64,000 nucleotides of DNA from a virus (IMGVR_UViG_3300028388_001285:1-64000), one strand, 5' to 3'. Shown: positions 31,201 through 43,785, counted from the first letter of the stretch. Program-made: numbers and translations. The notes: generated from the letters alone by a model not told the origin.

Positions 31201-34200
31201 TTTTGATACTGAGGTATCGAATAATACTAGTGTGGCTGCCAACACTGCTAAAGAGACTAACGTTACCACAAACTTAGGCTACACACCCAGTCCTACCGAT
31301 GGTACTGTTACATCAAGTGACGGTACTGATGCGACGCTTACATTAGCAACGGGTGTGAATGCTGGGCTTTTAGCCCCCGCAGACTTTACTGTATTATCTA
31401 ATACATCTGGTACCAACACTGGAGACCAAGTTGTACCAAGTGACCTTACTGACTTTACTGAGCAGACTGCCTGGAGTGTATTTTACTCCGACGGTGCTGG
31501 AGATGTAACGGAGTTAGCTTTGGGAGCATCTGGCACTGTGTTGCAATCAAACGGCGCAGCTGCCGCACCTACATTTGAAACAACTTCTTCTGTAGAAGCA
31601 CTCTCTGATTTAACTGACATAGACGGTCTGAATTACACTGCTGGTAACCTACTGGTAGCTGATGGTACTGACAGCTATGATTCTGGTAAATTGGAAACAA
31701 CAAGCTTAGGTACAGATATATCAGACATGTTTGGCATTGTAGATGGAATGGCATTCGATAAACCATCCCTCAGCATTGCTGATGTAGCTGGCGATCTAGT
31801 ATTAAGTGTCACCAACATTGCTGGAGGTGATATGGAATTCTGGATTGGTGGAGAGAAGTCGGTTTTGGATTGCGATCCTACCGCAGCTACAGTTACCCTC
31901 ACTGAGGGCACTGACGCTAACACACCTGCTACTAACTACATATATGTAACTAACTCTGGAGGGACTGCGACACTTCAAGCAAGTACAACGTTACCTACAG
32001 GGGCATTTGCATGGATAGGAAAAGTTGTAGTACCAGACTCAGTCACATGGGGAACTACTGGAGCCTATGCGTTCCAGAGATACACGGAAGCCTTTATAAA
32101 TAGTTCTAGGGGTGCTCTCTCACACGAGCGTGAGAAACTACGGGCCTTAGGTGCTGTATACATTAATGGTGTAAATCAGACACTGACTATAGATACTGTA
32201 GCTTCACCAGATAGTGTACATCTAGAAACTACTACGGGCACAATTTACCAACTACACCGACAAACTTTTCCAGCGTTTACTACTGGACCGTATTACTATG
32301 GTAATGGTACCAATATATACGAACAGATCAGTGACCTCAATGGGGTTTTGGAATTGGTAGATGGTACAGCCATTGCCGATAACGATAGATATAACTTAGT
32401 CGTATGAGGAGCAGTTAACATAACCACTGGAGAAAGTAAGTTGTTTGTAAACACACCAACTGGTGTCTATTCTTCGGATGCCAATGCAATAGCTGACGCA
32501 AACAATACAGCAGATTACAGTGTACCAGACGATATGCGATCCGTAGCATTCTTGGTAGCTAGACTAGTGTTGCGGTACGATGCGCAGGGAGGCGGAGAGT
32601 TTAGCGCACTAGGTGACGGAACCTATTCATTGCTGGGCGTACCTGTAGGAGTCAGATCGGGAGGATCTGGAGCTGTAGCTTCTAGTGAATTTTCTGACTC
32701 ACAGTTTAGATTATTCTCTGATACGGATAGTACTGCTCAGATAGCTTTAGATGCAGGTAATGTTACTACTGGAAATGTTCGTACCATAACAATGGCGGAC
32801 ACCGATGTAGACTTAGCCAATTTGCCTACAGCTGCTGAGAAGACTATACTGGGTAACACTTCAGGAAGTAATACCGGAGACCAAACTACTATAGTAGGGA
32901 TCACTGGAACCAAGGCAGAATTTGATGCTGCTGTTACAGACGGCAATTTCTTGTATGTAGGCGATGCTCCAACGGCGCACACTCATACAGCATCAGAGGT
33001 AACAGACTTCGACACTGAAGTAAGTAACAATACAGATGTAGCGGCTAACACATCTGCAAGACACACACAACATACAGATACTGGAACTACCAGCCAAACG
33101 TTCACACTACACAGCGGAGATGCTTCTCCCGTGAAAGTGAAGAACTCTAGCGGTGAGTTACAGGTAAGAAATAATGCCGATAGTGCTTACGCTGATCTGC
33201 GAGTAGCTAACCTCACTGTAGAGGGCACTACTACCACGATTAACTCAGAGACGCTTACTATCGACGACAATATAATTGTACTCAACAATAATGAAGCTGG
33301 CACTCCTTCGGAGAATGCTGGCGTAGAAGTCGAACGTGGTACTTCAACAAACGCTTCCTTAATATGGGACGAAAGCTCCGATGTATGGAAAGCTGGAGAG
33401 TCCGGCTCTGAAACTGAGATCTCATTGCTTGGACACTCACACTCAATCACTGATGTCACTGGGACTAAGGCACAATTTGATTCAGCCTTATCTGACGGTT
33501 CGTTCGCCTATTCTGGGGACGCTCCGACAGCGCACGTACATGCTGCTTCAGATGTAACATCTGGAACATTCCATAACGATAGGATATCGCAGAGCAGTGT
33601 ACTGCAACATGAAGGAGGAATCAACCATGATAATTTGTTTGGATTTTCTAACGATGAACACGTTGCACACAGTACTGTCAGTATTGCCACACAGCATTCA
33701 TTGACAGGCGGCGGCACTATAGCTGCCACTAGAACATTAAATCTAGTCAATGATGCAGCCTCACCAGGCAACAGTAAGTTGTACGGTACAGATGGTAGTG
33801 GCACGAAAGGGTGGTATGATCAACCTATTGCTGGAACAGTTGATGGCAGTGGAGCTGCTGGACAAGTAGCATACTGGTCAGACACTGACACTTTAACTAG
33901 TAATGCTATACTAAGCTTAAACCCAGGTGGTAATCAAGTAACAATAAATGACGGGGTGTTAAGCCTTGAGGAGCGAGCTGCTGCTATAACTAGCTCTGCT
34001 GGTTACGGGCAGATATGGGTAAAGAATGACAGCCCAAATAACTTGTACTTCACTGGCGATGACGGTGTGGATATAAAGTTGAATTTAGTAGTTGGTACTG
34101 ATGTTCAGGCATACAGCTCTAACCTAGATTCATGGGCAGCAGTAAACGAATCATCTTATTACAACTCTACGGAGACAGACAGTGCGATAAGTACTGCTGT

Positions 34201-36181
34201 AGGAGATTACACTCTGACTACTGACTTGGCATCCACAGCTAACGCTAAAGGGGCTAGTCTAATAGGAATAGAAGATAGTGGGACATTGTTTGCTGCCACT
34301 AATGTAGAAGCAGCTTTAGCCGAGCTTGCTGGAGCAAGTTATGTAGACGCTACTAATGGTGCGGCCAATCGCATAGCTGTATTCACTGATGTGGATACAG
34401 TAAATGGTGATGCTGACTTTACCTGGAATGGTACTACGCTAGTAGTTAACGGACAGAGTACGATACAGCAATATAACAATGGAGCTAATAGTGTGTTTAC
34501 ATATAAAGCTGGAGGACAAGATCTCAACAGCTTTAGAATGGTTACTGATTTAGATAGTTCGGCTAATCTTGAATCCGTCAAATTTACCACATATACGACC
34601 TCTGCGGCTGCTGATGCAGGACAGTTTATTTTTGAGGTGGATGAAACACAGAAGCTTGTTATTGACAGTGGAGGAATAGAAGTTACAGGAACTATTACTG
34701 GAGATTTAACCGGTAACGTAACTGGGAATGTCTCAGGAACAGCTGCTACTGTAACAGCGGCAGCCCAACCTAACATTACAACACTTGGGACATTGACCTC
34801 ATTGACGGTAGACACTATAAACATAGACAGTAATAACATAACTGGCTTAAGTGGAAATCTCAACATTACTCCAGCAGCGGGAGGAAGCATCACTTTAGAT
34901 AATACAATAGACATTGATGCCGGTGTAGTTACCGGAGCCACGTCAATTACTTCTACCAGTTTTGTTGGAGACTTGACTGGAAATGCTGATACCGTAACAA
35001 CTAATGCGAATCTTACTGGCGAAGTTACCTCTACAGGTAACGCAGCAGTAATAGATTCTACTGCTATATCTAATAAGACTCTAGTGACTGCCGCTACTGG
35101 CGACATGTTTTTAATTACCGATGCATCTGATTCTGGAAACTTAAAGCGAGTTAATGCCATTGATTTTCTAGGTACAGGTACTGTTACCGCTACTGACGGA
35201 GCAGATAATCGGATTGCAGTGTTCACTAACTCTTCAAATATTGAAGGTGACGCAGGACTTACTTGGGATGGAGTAGGTAATAAGTTCATTGTTGAAGGTG
35301 ATATCCTTATAAATTCTGACGGAGGAAGTCCAAGTTTATCTCTCAAAGAAGACACAACTAATAATGTCGGTCTATATACCACATTCAATTCAGGCAATCT
35401 AGAGAGAGCTTATATCAACACTAAAAGTGATGGCGGAGCTGACTACGGTAGATTTGAAATCTATGTAAAAGACACTCTAACACTCACACTAGATGACGAT
35501 GGCGCAGATTTAGAAGGAAGTTTGTTCCTTAAAGAGCAGGCAGCCGCTGCCACTGATGTCACAGGTTACGGACAACTCTGAGCTAAGACTGATGGATCAT
35601 TATGGTTCACTGATGATGTGGGAACCTCTACAGATCTACTTGCTGCCGCATCTGGAATGGCAAGCTTTACTGTTACCGCTGACAGCGGGACAAACCAGAC
35701 AATAACTAACGCACAAACATTAGACATAGCTGGAGGTACTAATATCACAACTACTGTTGCGGATACCGACACTGTGACCATCAATTTAGATAGTCACAAT
35801 CATACTATGTCAGAACTTAGTGATCGCACTGAGTACATAATGATAAATGAATTCCTCGCAAGTACTACTATCGAGGATGGAGACGGTGAGGTAGCTTCAA
35901 TGATACCCGTCGACTTAAACAATTACTATATTATCTCTATGGAAGCTAAAGCTGTTTCAGCTACCGGCTCGGACGCTACTACTGTAACGGTCGAGAAGAA
36001 TGGTACGGCAATAACTGGGTTAACTGTGACACTTAATACAGGCAACTCTTGGTACGCTTCCGATACGCCTACTAGCTCGACGCAAGTGGCAACTGGAGAT
36101 ATACTTAGACTTTCAATTTCCTCTACCACTGGGACCGCCACAGGTTTAGTTGGAGTAATTAAACTGAGGAAAACATCTTAA
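28229..36181 (+). CDS. giant tail fibre protein, about 2650 aa (3 in-frame TGA at 28280, 32405, 35579)
   Basis: three track ORFs plus an upstream segment fuse in one frame; T/S/D/G-rich with HxH motifs and DDTKVPTQQSVKAYVD fibre motifs. Confidence 0.85.
29725..31065 (+). repeat. internal duplication of about 120 aa in the fibre
   Basis: HTMYTRADG...HPTFTSDTELVDKKYVDD...IDETKLDVSVNASLDLADTSLQSGD (~29725-30095) vs HTQYSLVDG...HPTFTADTEIVDKKYVDD...IDETKLDTSVNASLDLADSALQSGD (~30697-31065). Confidence 0.85.
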
Positions 36182-36203
36182 AATTAAATAAAATAATATA
36201 ATC

Positions 36204-37904
36204 ATGCCTCAATTTTTTGTAGACGCAAATAGAACTGCTTTTGACGCGAAGAAAAGAACTTTGCCAACGGAGATTTATTTGCCAGTAAATTTAGGACGTG
36301 CGACGGCAAAAGATACTACCGATTCTGTCGGTTCGTTTTTGGGTGCAACTCCCTCTGACTCAGTTAACTTGTGGGAATGGATTGAATACAAAAGTGCAGC
36401 TGACCCTGTAACTGATGTAGCAGATCTTAGAACCCTATCTGGAACTTCTGACGGAGATTCAACACTTGGTACCTTCACCGGATCAACTGTTGCTGATGGA
36501 GAAACGATTAAGGGAGCTATCCAAGATTTGGAAACTGCTTTCGAAGCGCTTACTGCGCCATCGTATTACGCAGATGTAGTATCTACTACTAATGTAACTT
36601 TGTCTGGGGAACAGACTATTGACGGAGTATTAACTTCTGCCAGTAGAGTTCTCTTAACAGGGCAAACAGATACCTCTGAGAATGGAGTGTACACAACTGC
36701 TGCTGGAGCATGGACTAGAATTCCAGAATTAAACAGTGCTGGCGAGTTTACTAAAGGTAAACTTATCTCAGTACTTAGTGGAACAACTTACTCTGACACT
36801 GTTTGGATGAACCAAGCGGCTGTCGAAACCCTTGAAACAAGTGGTATTACCATATCCCCACTTAGCGCTACTGCTATAGTACTTGATACTACACCACAGC
36901 TTGGTGGAATGCTTGACGTAAACGGACAAGCTATTGGAGATGGAACTAACGAACTTATAGTATTTTCTGAAACTGGCTCAGCCGTGAATGAAATTACTAT
37001 TACTAACGCAGCTACTGCTGGTGCTCCTAGCATTACAGCTAGTGGTGATGATACCAATATTGCTCTTAACCTTGACGGTAAAGGTACTGGAGATGTTACC
37101 ATCTCTGATTCTAACCTTGCTGTTACTGGCAACATTACTGTTACTGGTACTGTAGATACCAGAGATATCGCAGATGATGGTGACGCTATAGACAACTTAG
37201 TCACCTTGAGTGGTGTAGCTAAAGATGCAACTAGTGTTGGAACAATTGACGAAGGTGCTATTATCTCTGACACTACTATAGTAGGAGCTCTTGGAGAACT
37301 TTCCGTAGACCTCGACGCTATGCGTATTCTCAGTGGGGTTGCTGCTGAAGCTGTTGATTTAGGAGCTATCGCTGGCGGCAATGTCGTCACTGATAACAGT
37401 ACTATACTCACGGCAATCACTGAGCTCGACGTAGATCTTACGGCATTACAAACTGCTGTTGGAATTAATGCAGAAGCTACTCACTTGGGAGTATTCTCAG
37501 GTACAACTATTAGCGATAATCAGACTGCTAAGGCTGCGATTCAAGCTTTAGAGACTGCTCTCGAAGTAGAAGAAAATACTGGCTACATCAGCCTTACTAA
37601 GGTAGGAGCTGTTGCTGATGGTAATCACGACTTGTTCGTAATCCCAGCCGCACTGAATGGTTTAGACATCAAACGTGTCGATGTAGCTGCTGCTTCTGGT
37701 GCAGGTACTTGTGATGTACAACTCACCTCTGGTGGTGATAATGTACTCACATCTGCTCTAAGTATTAGCGGAACAACTGCTGCTTCATCTACTGGTATAG
37801 CAGATGGAGGACTCGCAACTGGTGAACTCTTGATTGCAGTTATAAGTAGTTATTCAGCTACCCTGACCGACATGGCAATAACTGTAACATACGGACCTGC
37901 GTAA
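36204..37904 (+). CDS. tail fibre / receptor-binding protein
   Basis: TLSGEQTIDGV...RVLLTGQTDTSENGVY fibre motif; LDTTPQLGGMLDVNG; C-terminal domain similar to that of the giant fibre. Confidence 0.8.
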   Translation: MPQFFVDANRTAFDAKKRTLPTEIYLPVNLGRATAKDTTDSVGSFLGATPSDSVNLWEWIEYKSAADPVTDVADLRTLSGTSDGDSTLGTFTGSTVADGETIKGAIQDLETAFEALTAPSYYADVVSTTNVTLSGEQTIDGVLTSASRVLLTGQTDTSENGVYTTAAGAWTRIPELNSAGEFTKGKLISVLSGTTYSDTVWMNQAAVETLETSGITISPLSATAIVLDTTPQLGGMLDVNGQAIGDGTNELIVFSETGSAVNEITITNAATAGAPSITASGDDTNIALNLDGKGTGDVTISDSNLAVTGNITVTGTVDTRDIADDGDAIDNLVTLSGVAKDATSVGTIDEGAIISDTTIVGALGELSVDLDAMRILSGVAAEAVDLGAIAGGNVVTDNSTILTAITELDVDLTALQTAVGINAEATHLGVFSGTTISDNQTAKAAIQALETALEVEENTGYISLTKVGAVADGNHDLFVIPAALNGLDIKRVDVAAASGAGTCDVQLTSGGDNVLTSALSISGTTAASSTGIADGGLATGELLIAVISSYSATLTDMAITVTYGPA

Positions 37905-37914
37905 AAAACTAACA

Positions 37915-38433
37915 ATGAAATATCTACTGTCTTTACTACTGATGTTAACTATGATCATGAGCTTAAATGCTCAACGCAATGATTATAGACTATGATTTAC
38001 ACAACTAAGTGTACAAGCACCGATATGTATTGACGGAAGAACTGAAGCATACAAAGAGTTTGGGCACAGTCCTAACTTTGAGTGGGAGGCTGGATACGAA
38101 TGGCACTTGGATGCCGGATGAATCGCTCCAGTCACCCAACTCACGTATGCAGTTGACCGAGATATATTCAAGCATAAGTCTAGAAGTTACCTCCGATTAA
38201 AGCAGGGGTTTGACTTCTTACCTGATGAAGATAGTGATCTCATAGTATTCTTACCTATTCGGAATATCAGGTTAACTGGATGGAAGTTCTGGAAAGGAGA
38301 ATACAATTCCCCATTTCTTACCGAGATGCGCTGGAGGTACAACGACGATTGAAAATTTAGACTGGCTTGGGAATTCTATAAGGATACCTTTCTTGTAAGA
38401 GCCGGAGTCACAATAAACATATACAAATGGTAA
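37915..38433 (+). CDS. putative outer-membrane beta-barrel protein (3 in-frame TGA at 37993, 38119, 38350)
   Basis: 172 aa under TGA=Trp; signal peptide MKYLLSLLLMLTMIMSLNA|Q, amphipathic strands, C-terminus RAGVTINIYKW; fills the gap between flanking genes. Confidence 0.75.
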
Positions 38434-38906
38434 TTACAACTGCAAGTGATTGTGGCAGTCTAACTGTTACGTCACCATTGTTTGTAGATTCACAAGAGCC
38501 CACATATACACTTGAATACAAGTCTTGTGGTGACACAGAGTTTACTACGATGGATATAACGTTCGGTACTGGGATACCGCAATATACCATTACCCCAACT
38601 ATGCTTGGACAAACGGATGAGATTTGTGACGGTATCTACTGTTTCAAACTCACTGCTACTTATACTGACGAATCCATAGCTGTGGAGTATGCTCAGGAGT
38701 TTGTAGATTGTGTTGCCAAGTGTAATATAGTAGACATTATGATGGAGACTTTGAGCTCGGATGTTCGTCAATGGTACGAAGCCGTGCATGACTCCACTGA
38801 ATGTTTCTACTGTGATTGCGAAAAGACTTGTGACCTATACCAAATCTATTTAGATATAGTGGCCAATTCAGAGGCCAACCTAAGTAATCCCTGCACGAAA
38901 TGCTAA
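38427..38906 (+). CDS. tail hub-like structural protein
   Basis: DGIYCFKL motif and Cys-rich C-terminus; position in the tail module. Confidence 0.55.
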   Translation: MVITTASDCGSLTVTSPLFVDSQEPTYTLEYKSCGDTEFTTMDITFGTGIPQYTITPTMLGQTDEICDGIYCFKLTATYTDESIAVEYAQEFVDCVAKCNIVDIMMETLSSDVRQWYEAVHDSTECFYCDCEKTCDLYQIYLDIVANSEANLSNPCTKC

Positions 38907-39208
38907 CCTATAAATGCGTTGCAACGCACCTGCGACATAAAGGCGTTCTAGAAAAGAAGTACGGCTTGCACTGCAAGACTGGGGACTGCTATGCGTCTAT
39001 CGCAACAGAGTATAGAAATATATACTTTATTAGAAATAACTCTAGCTGTTTAGATACGGATTCATGCATTCCTACCAAACCTTTAAGTTGTACAGGAACT
39101 CCCATCTGTCCAAGTATACTCAGTAATTGTGAACTCACATTAACTGATATTACACCGATAGATACAAACTGCACCGTATTTGGGATAGTACAAAACCCTA
39201 CAGTATAA
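38900..39208 (+). CDS. Cys-rich tail hub-like protein
   Basis: KKYGL.C motif; overlaps both neighbours. Confidence 0.5.
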   Translation: MLTYKCVATHLRHKGVLEKKYGLHCKTGDCYASIATEYRNIYFIRNNSSCLDTDSCIPTKPLSCTGTPICPSILSNCELTLTDITPIDTNCTVFGIVQNPTV

Positions 39209-40698
39209 TGATAACAGTAACTATAAATTTAAGTATAACTGGAGGGACAGCCCCTTTTAAGTACTGGGTAACACACACTTGTCCAGACGCTGTTGTGATA
39301 ACGAATCCTACTGGCACATCTACTACTGATACTATAGATGTGACCGTACAGTTTCCGAACACGACAGTTCTAACTAATTGTGCTAACCTGTTTACTCTTA
39401 GAGTGGAAGACGCTTTAGGATGTATTGGAGAGTGGAGTATCGGATTTCATAATCCATGTGTAGATTTTTCTTTAGGCACTGTACAAAATTCTGCTCCATA
39501 TACCTACTGGGTTAGCCCTACAGGTAACAATGGACCAGTGACGTACTCATGGTCAATACCTTCATTCATGGAGTTCTTGAACAGTACCAGTACAGATGAC
39601 GTAATACATCTTAAGATTAAGGATAATTACTCACCTCCTGCTGGGGGTATATCTGGAACTATCACTGTCTTTGGTACCGATGAGGTAGGGTGTACAGCAA
39701 CTGCTACTACTGTAGTCAGTGTATGTAAACCTACAGCATTTGAACAAGAGTACTCAGCTTACTGTACTGGTAACGGGGAAGACCCATTCTACATAGTAGA
39801 GTGGTTGCCGATCTGAGATCCAGCAATCTCTCCTTGTGAGGAGGGTCAGTGGGCTACAGTAAATGGCGTAAGCGATTCCATCAAGGATTGGTATAGAGTG
39901 GATACAGGGGTACAAGAAACCTCTATTAGCACTGAGTTAATATTTGACGGGAAGATACAAGCTAGACCATTCTTCAGTCAAGATTTAAGCTTAACAGATC
40001 CAGTGACGTACAAGGCAGTTTACACAGTAACTACTTTGAACGGTGTTGTGACTGACCCTACTACTCTACTACTCACAGTATATCCATGTGAAGAGGGAGG
40101 AAGACCTATGGGCATTACTTTAAATGCACAGGCTAACTGCCTTGGAGATGATATAGAACTTGACTTAGAGGACATAGTACACTCTAGCAGTAGTACTATT
40201 GACTGGACCACATTCAACATAATCACTGACGCAGCTGTTGCAGGAGCTACAACCTCTTGGGATGGTGTAACCAGAACGCTGACTTACAGCCCTGGTGTAC
40301 TAGCTGGAGTAGATAAAGTTGAATGGGAAGTAGCTGATGCAAACGGTATATTCTCAGGAAAGATAAACATTTACTTTGATTTGGACTGTCCGGCTGTGAT
40401 TACAGCCACTGACGACACGGCATGTGTAGTCTGCGGAACTACTACAAGTATAGACGTACTTGCAAATGACGTAGGAGACTTTGACCCACTGTCGTTACAG
40501 ATAGCTCAGTTCCCACAATATGGAGCTGCTACCGTAATCAATAACGAAATAGTTTACACCATCCCAGCCAATGTAGCTGGAACGGATGTAATCAAATACC
40601 AAGTTAAGAATAGAAATCATACCGGGGTATCTAACCTCGGAACCTTAGACATAGAAATAGTATGCGCTGGTTCAGATAACTCTACTTTAGCTTGCTAA
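39208..40698 (+). CDS. Ig-like (Big_9/cadherin-like) domain virion protein (1 in-frame TGA at 39814)
   Basis: two ORFs fuse in frame; ATDDTA...IDVLANDV...PQYGAATV...YT...GTDVIKYQV. Confidence 0.75.
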
Positions 40699-40726
40699 TT
40701 TAAATAAACCTATAATATAATATAAA

Positions 40727-41302
40727 ATGGCTTGTACATTTAATTTATTTGATAGACTTACTGGTACACCGCAGACTGGGGGAACTTGGTCAAAAGATGG
40801 TGGTAACCCACAAGACGTTGTGTTGACTGGAGCTCACTTAGGAACTTTCGATCCTTCAGGGCTAGTCCTGGGAACTTACACGTTTACCTATTCTGTAGGT
40901 GCCGTGCCTTGCGACGATACAGCTGATGTTGTAGTAACCGTTAACGCGACCGCAGTGGCTGGTGATGACGTATCCAAGACTTATTGTACCACTGATACCA
41001 CACAATACAACCTGTATAATTTGATTACAGGTAGTCCGGATTCGGACGGTGATTGGCAAGCTGGCACATCTGGTGTAACTTCAGCTGGTTATGACGATAA
41101 CAGTACTTCAACTGTTACTGACGATACGTTCCAACCTAGCTTAGTGGCAGAAGGTACCTACGTGTTCATCTATAACGTGAATCATGGTGATGGTAATACA
41201 CCTCCTGGTTGCGATAGTTGTACCGACAGCTCTACTTTAACTATTAACGTAGTTGCAACTGGTGACGCAGGTGGAAACGGCGTAGCTACTGCTTGTAACT
41301 AA
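40727..41302 (+). CDS. Ig-like repeat protein resembling Bacteroidota adhesin repeats
   Basis: two copies of NL...L.G.P...G.W...F.PS...GTY.F.Y. Confidence 0.7.
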   Translation: MACTFNLFDRLTGTPQTGGTWSKDGGNPQDVVLTGAHLGTFDPSGLVLGTYTFTYSVGAVPCDDTADVVVTVNATAVAGDDVSKTYCTTDTTQYNLYNLITGSPDSDGDWQAGTSGVTSAGYDDNSTSTVTDDTFQPSLVAEGTYVFIYNVNHGDGNTPPGCDSCTDSSTLTINVVATGDAGGNGVATACN

Positions 41303-41318
41303 TAACTAACTACAACAC

Positions 41319-41723
41319 ATGGCTTCTACTAGATTTTTATTTGATCATTTAACTGGAAGCCCTGACAGCACTGGATCATGGACTCTGGTCTCAGGGCCGG
41401 GTAGTGATGCAGACCTAAAAGTAAATGGTACCCCGCAGACTATCACTTATGGTAACTCTGTGGGTACTAACTACTTTGTTAACATAGGGTTTGACTCTAC
41501 TATAGGAACTGCAACTGGTGTGTACGTATTTAGATATACTACTGGTGTATCTCCTTGTGAGGATACTGCTGATGTGACGATTACTGTATCTGCACCACCG
41601 ACTTTTGATGTATCTGAGGATATATGCCTATGCCATTCAGGTACAGATGTAACGGAAGATATATGTAATTGTCAGGTAGTGGATGTTGGTACAAATACAG
41701 CAGATACGATATGTTTCACATAA
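41319..41723 (+). CDS. Ig-like repeat protein (paralog of the upstream gene)
   Basis: LFDHLTGSPDSTGSW...GVYVFRYTT...PCEDTADVTITV. Confidence 0.7.
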   Translation: MASTRFLFDHLTGSPDSTGSWTLVSGPGSDADLKVNGTPQTITYGNSVGTNYFVNIGFDSTIGTATGVYVFRYTTGVSPCEDTADVTITVSAPPTFDVSEDICLCHSGTDVTEDICNCQVVDVGTNTADTICFT

Positions 41724-41733
41724 ATAAACAATT

Positions 41734-42447
41734 ATGGCTGACTTTCTTTTAAAAGATTTTGACATACTTAATGGTGGAGACGGTACTCCATCTGTAGTAG
41801 ATCCAGGAGGAGCTTGGAGATTAACCGCAGCCCCCGAAGATTACAATGGATACATTCGTTTCGATACTCCACCTAATGGAGATCAGGCGGTAGCCGTTGG
41901 GCAATTACTACCCGGAGACGATGATCCCAAGATCTTGTTCACAACTGGCAGAGGTAAATTCGTTCTGACGTATGAACTTTCTGGAGAATGTGATCAGACC
42001 GACGACTACACGATGTGATACATGGAAAATGATTACTTTGTCCATGCCAAGGATATAGGCGTTATAGCAAATGGCGACACTTTTGATAGCAAGGTTTTGT
42101 CTTGTTACCACCGATCCGATAATCCTGGATTACCGTCTACTAGCAGCGTCAATGATGAGGACTGCTGGTTCACATTCACGACACCCTCTTCTGGGGGATT
42201 CATTGGACAAAGTTTGAGTATTGACAGTATAAATACTGACGAGCTGGAGAACCCACAAATTCGTATTTACTCTGATTACGATACCGAGATTAATGAAACC
42301 TCTGTTATTACAACCTCTTCGCAGCAACGTAGAGAATACACAGGAGTAAACAAATGGACTACAAATACTCAGTATTGGGTATGGGTGTCTAATCTAAACA
42401 CTAGTAGTCCTGGAGGGGAATTTAGATTTACATTTCAATGGTACTAG
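41734..42447 (+). CDS. Ig-like/beta-sandwich protein (1 in-frame TGA at 42016)
   Basis: YTM[TGA]YMEND joins two ORFs; DPGGAW...G.FVLTY N-terminal domain. Confidence 0.7.
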
Positions 42448-42450
42448 AAC

Positions 42451-43785
42451 ATGGCAACAATTAATTTAAAAACAAAACACGAAGAACTTGTAGGAGGTTC
42501 TGTGGACCCAGGAGGTACTTGGACAATCACCGATCACGATGGTGGGTTCCCAGTCTCCATAACTGTAGATGGATCATCAAGCTCTTATGCGGACAATGAT
42601 ACAATAGGATCAGATGACAACCCCGAAGTTGCTTTTGCTTCTAGAGGAGTCTATGAGTTTACGTACTCAGTATCAGCTGGGTGTGTAGCGGCTTCGGCCA
42701 CAATGACTATTACAGTGCAGGGTCCAGCAGCGAGTATCACTGACGATACATCTAGCTGTACATACGAGATCTCTTTAACTAATCCTACCAGTGGAACTAA
42801 TCTCACAGCAGATTTGTCTGTGGCGAACAACTCCTCTGATATAACATTAGAGATGCGTAAAACTATCGACCGAACTTGCTCACCAGTAGCAGGTTGGACT
42901 GAAGTAAACATCTTAGATGAGACGCTAACAGCCACAGGACAGCTGTGGTCGGGCGTTCGACAGGCAGATGGAGCCTTCCTATACGACGGAGATTATATAA
43001 CGACTCTGCGCATTTATAGGAGTTATCCAAACAACTTCATGCTAGTCAATCTTAATCCTACTACCTCTCCATACCTTACAGGTGTGTGCGGTACAGTGGA
43101 TGCCAATGATTTACTGTATGATGGTAGCTCCCCAAATACATTCGCTACCGCAGTTAAATGCGTGATAAAGAATGCTATACACGGTTACTGGGGCTTAACC
43201 GAAAATACGAACTATAACATAGAGGTACTAGCATCTGGAGCTTCAGGCTCTGGCAGCATCAGTATACGATTCAAAGCTAAGAACAACCCTACTACAAGCC
43301 CAGCTTGGGTAGGTATTGACAGTTTGAATATACTCATGAAGTACTACTCTAATGGTACACTTACAGATAGTTATTATACAAATGGATTTACAGCAGCAGC
43401 TGTAGTGAATTCCTATGTCATCTCTGACAGTACTCCTTGTGGAGTGTTAGGAGGCACTTGGACTCCAGCTGCAATTCCTTTCTTGGATGAAAACCATTTG
43501 ACCTATAACTCAATTGTGCCGACAGTTACGACACTAACGTACTCCCCGTACGGAAGCCCTACTACATCCGTGAACTGCTCAGTGACTCACTTAGACGCTG
43601 ACGATACACAAAGTTGTAGTCAAGGCAGGACATATCAGTGGGAAATAGATACTGGAGGCGGCTATGTCTCGCAAGGTAGCACCACTGAGGTTATAGATGT
43701 TACGACTGCGGGTGACTATCGCGTCACGATCAGTTGCTTAGATCAAGGGTGCAGCAATGTTTCTGCGCCTGTGACAGTGACGTAA
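42451..43785 (+). CDS. Ig-like domain virion protein
   Basis: DPGGTW...GVYEFTYSV N-terminal domain; TYQW...AGDYRVTI C-terminal Ig domain. Confidence 0.7.
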   Translation: MATINLKTKHEELVGGSVDPGGTWTITDHDGGFPVSITVDGSSSSYADNDTIGSDDNPEVAFASRGVYEFTYSVSAGCVAASATMTITVQGPAASITDDTSSCTYEISLTNPTSGTNLTADLSVANNSSDITLEMRKTIDRTCSPVAGWTEVNILDETLTATGQLWSGVRQADGAFLYDGDYITTLRIYRSYPNNFMLVNLNPTTSPYLTGVCGTVDANDLLYDGSSPNTFATAVKCVIKNAIHGYWGLTENTNYNIEVLASGASGSGSISIRFKAKNNPTTSPAWVGIDSLNILMKYYSNGTLTDSYYTNGFTAAAVVNSYVISDSTPCGVLGGTWTPAAIPFLDENHLTYNSIVPTVTTLTYSPYGSPTTSVNCSVTHLDADDTQSCSQGRTYQWEIDTGGGYVSQGSTTEVIDVTTAGDYRVTISCLDQGCSNVSAPVTVT

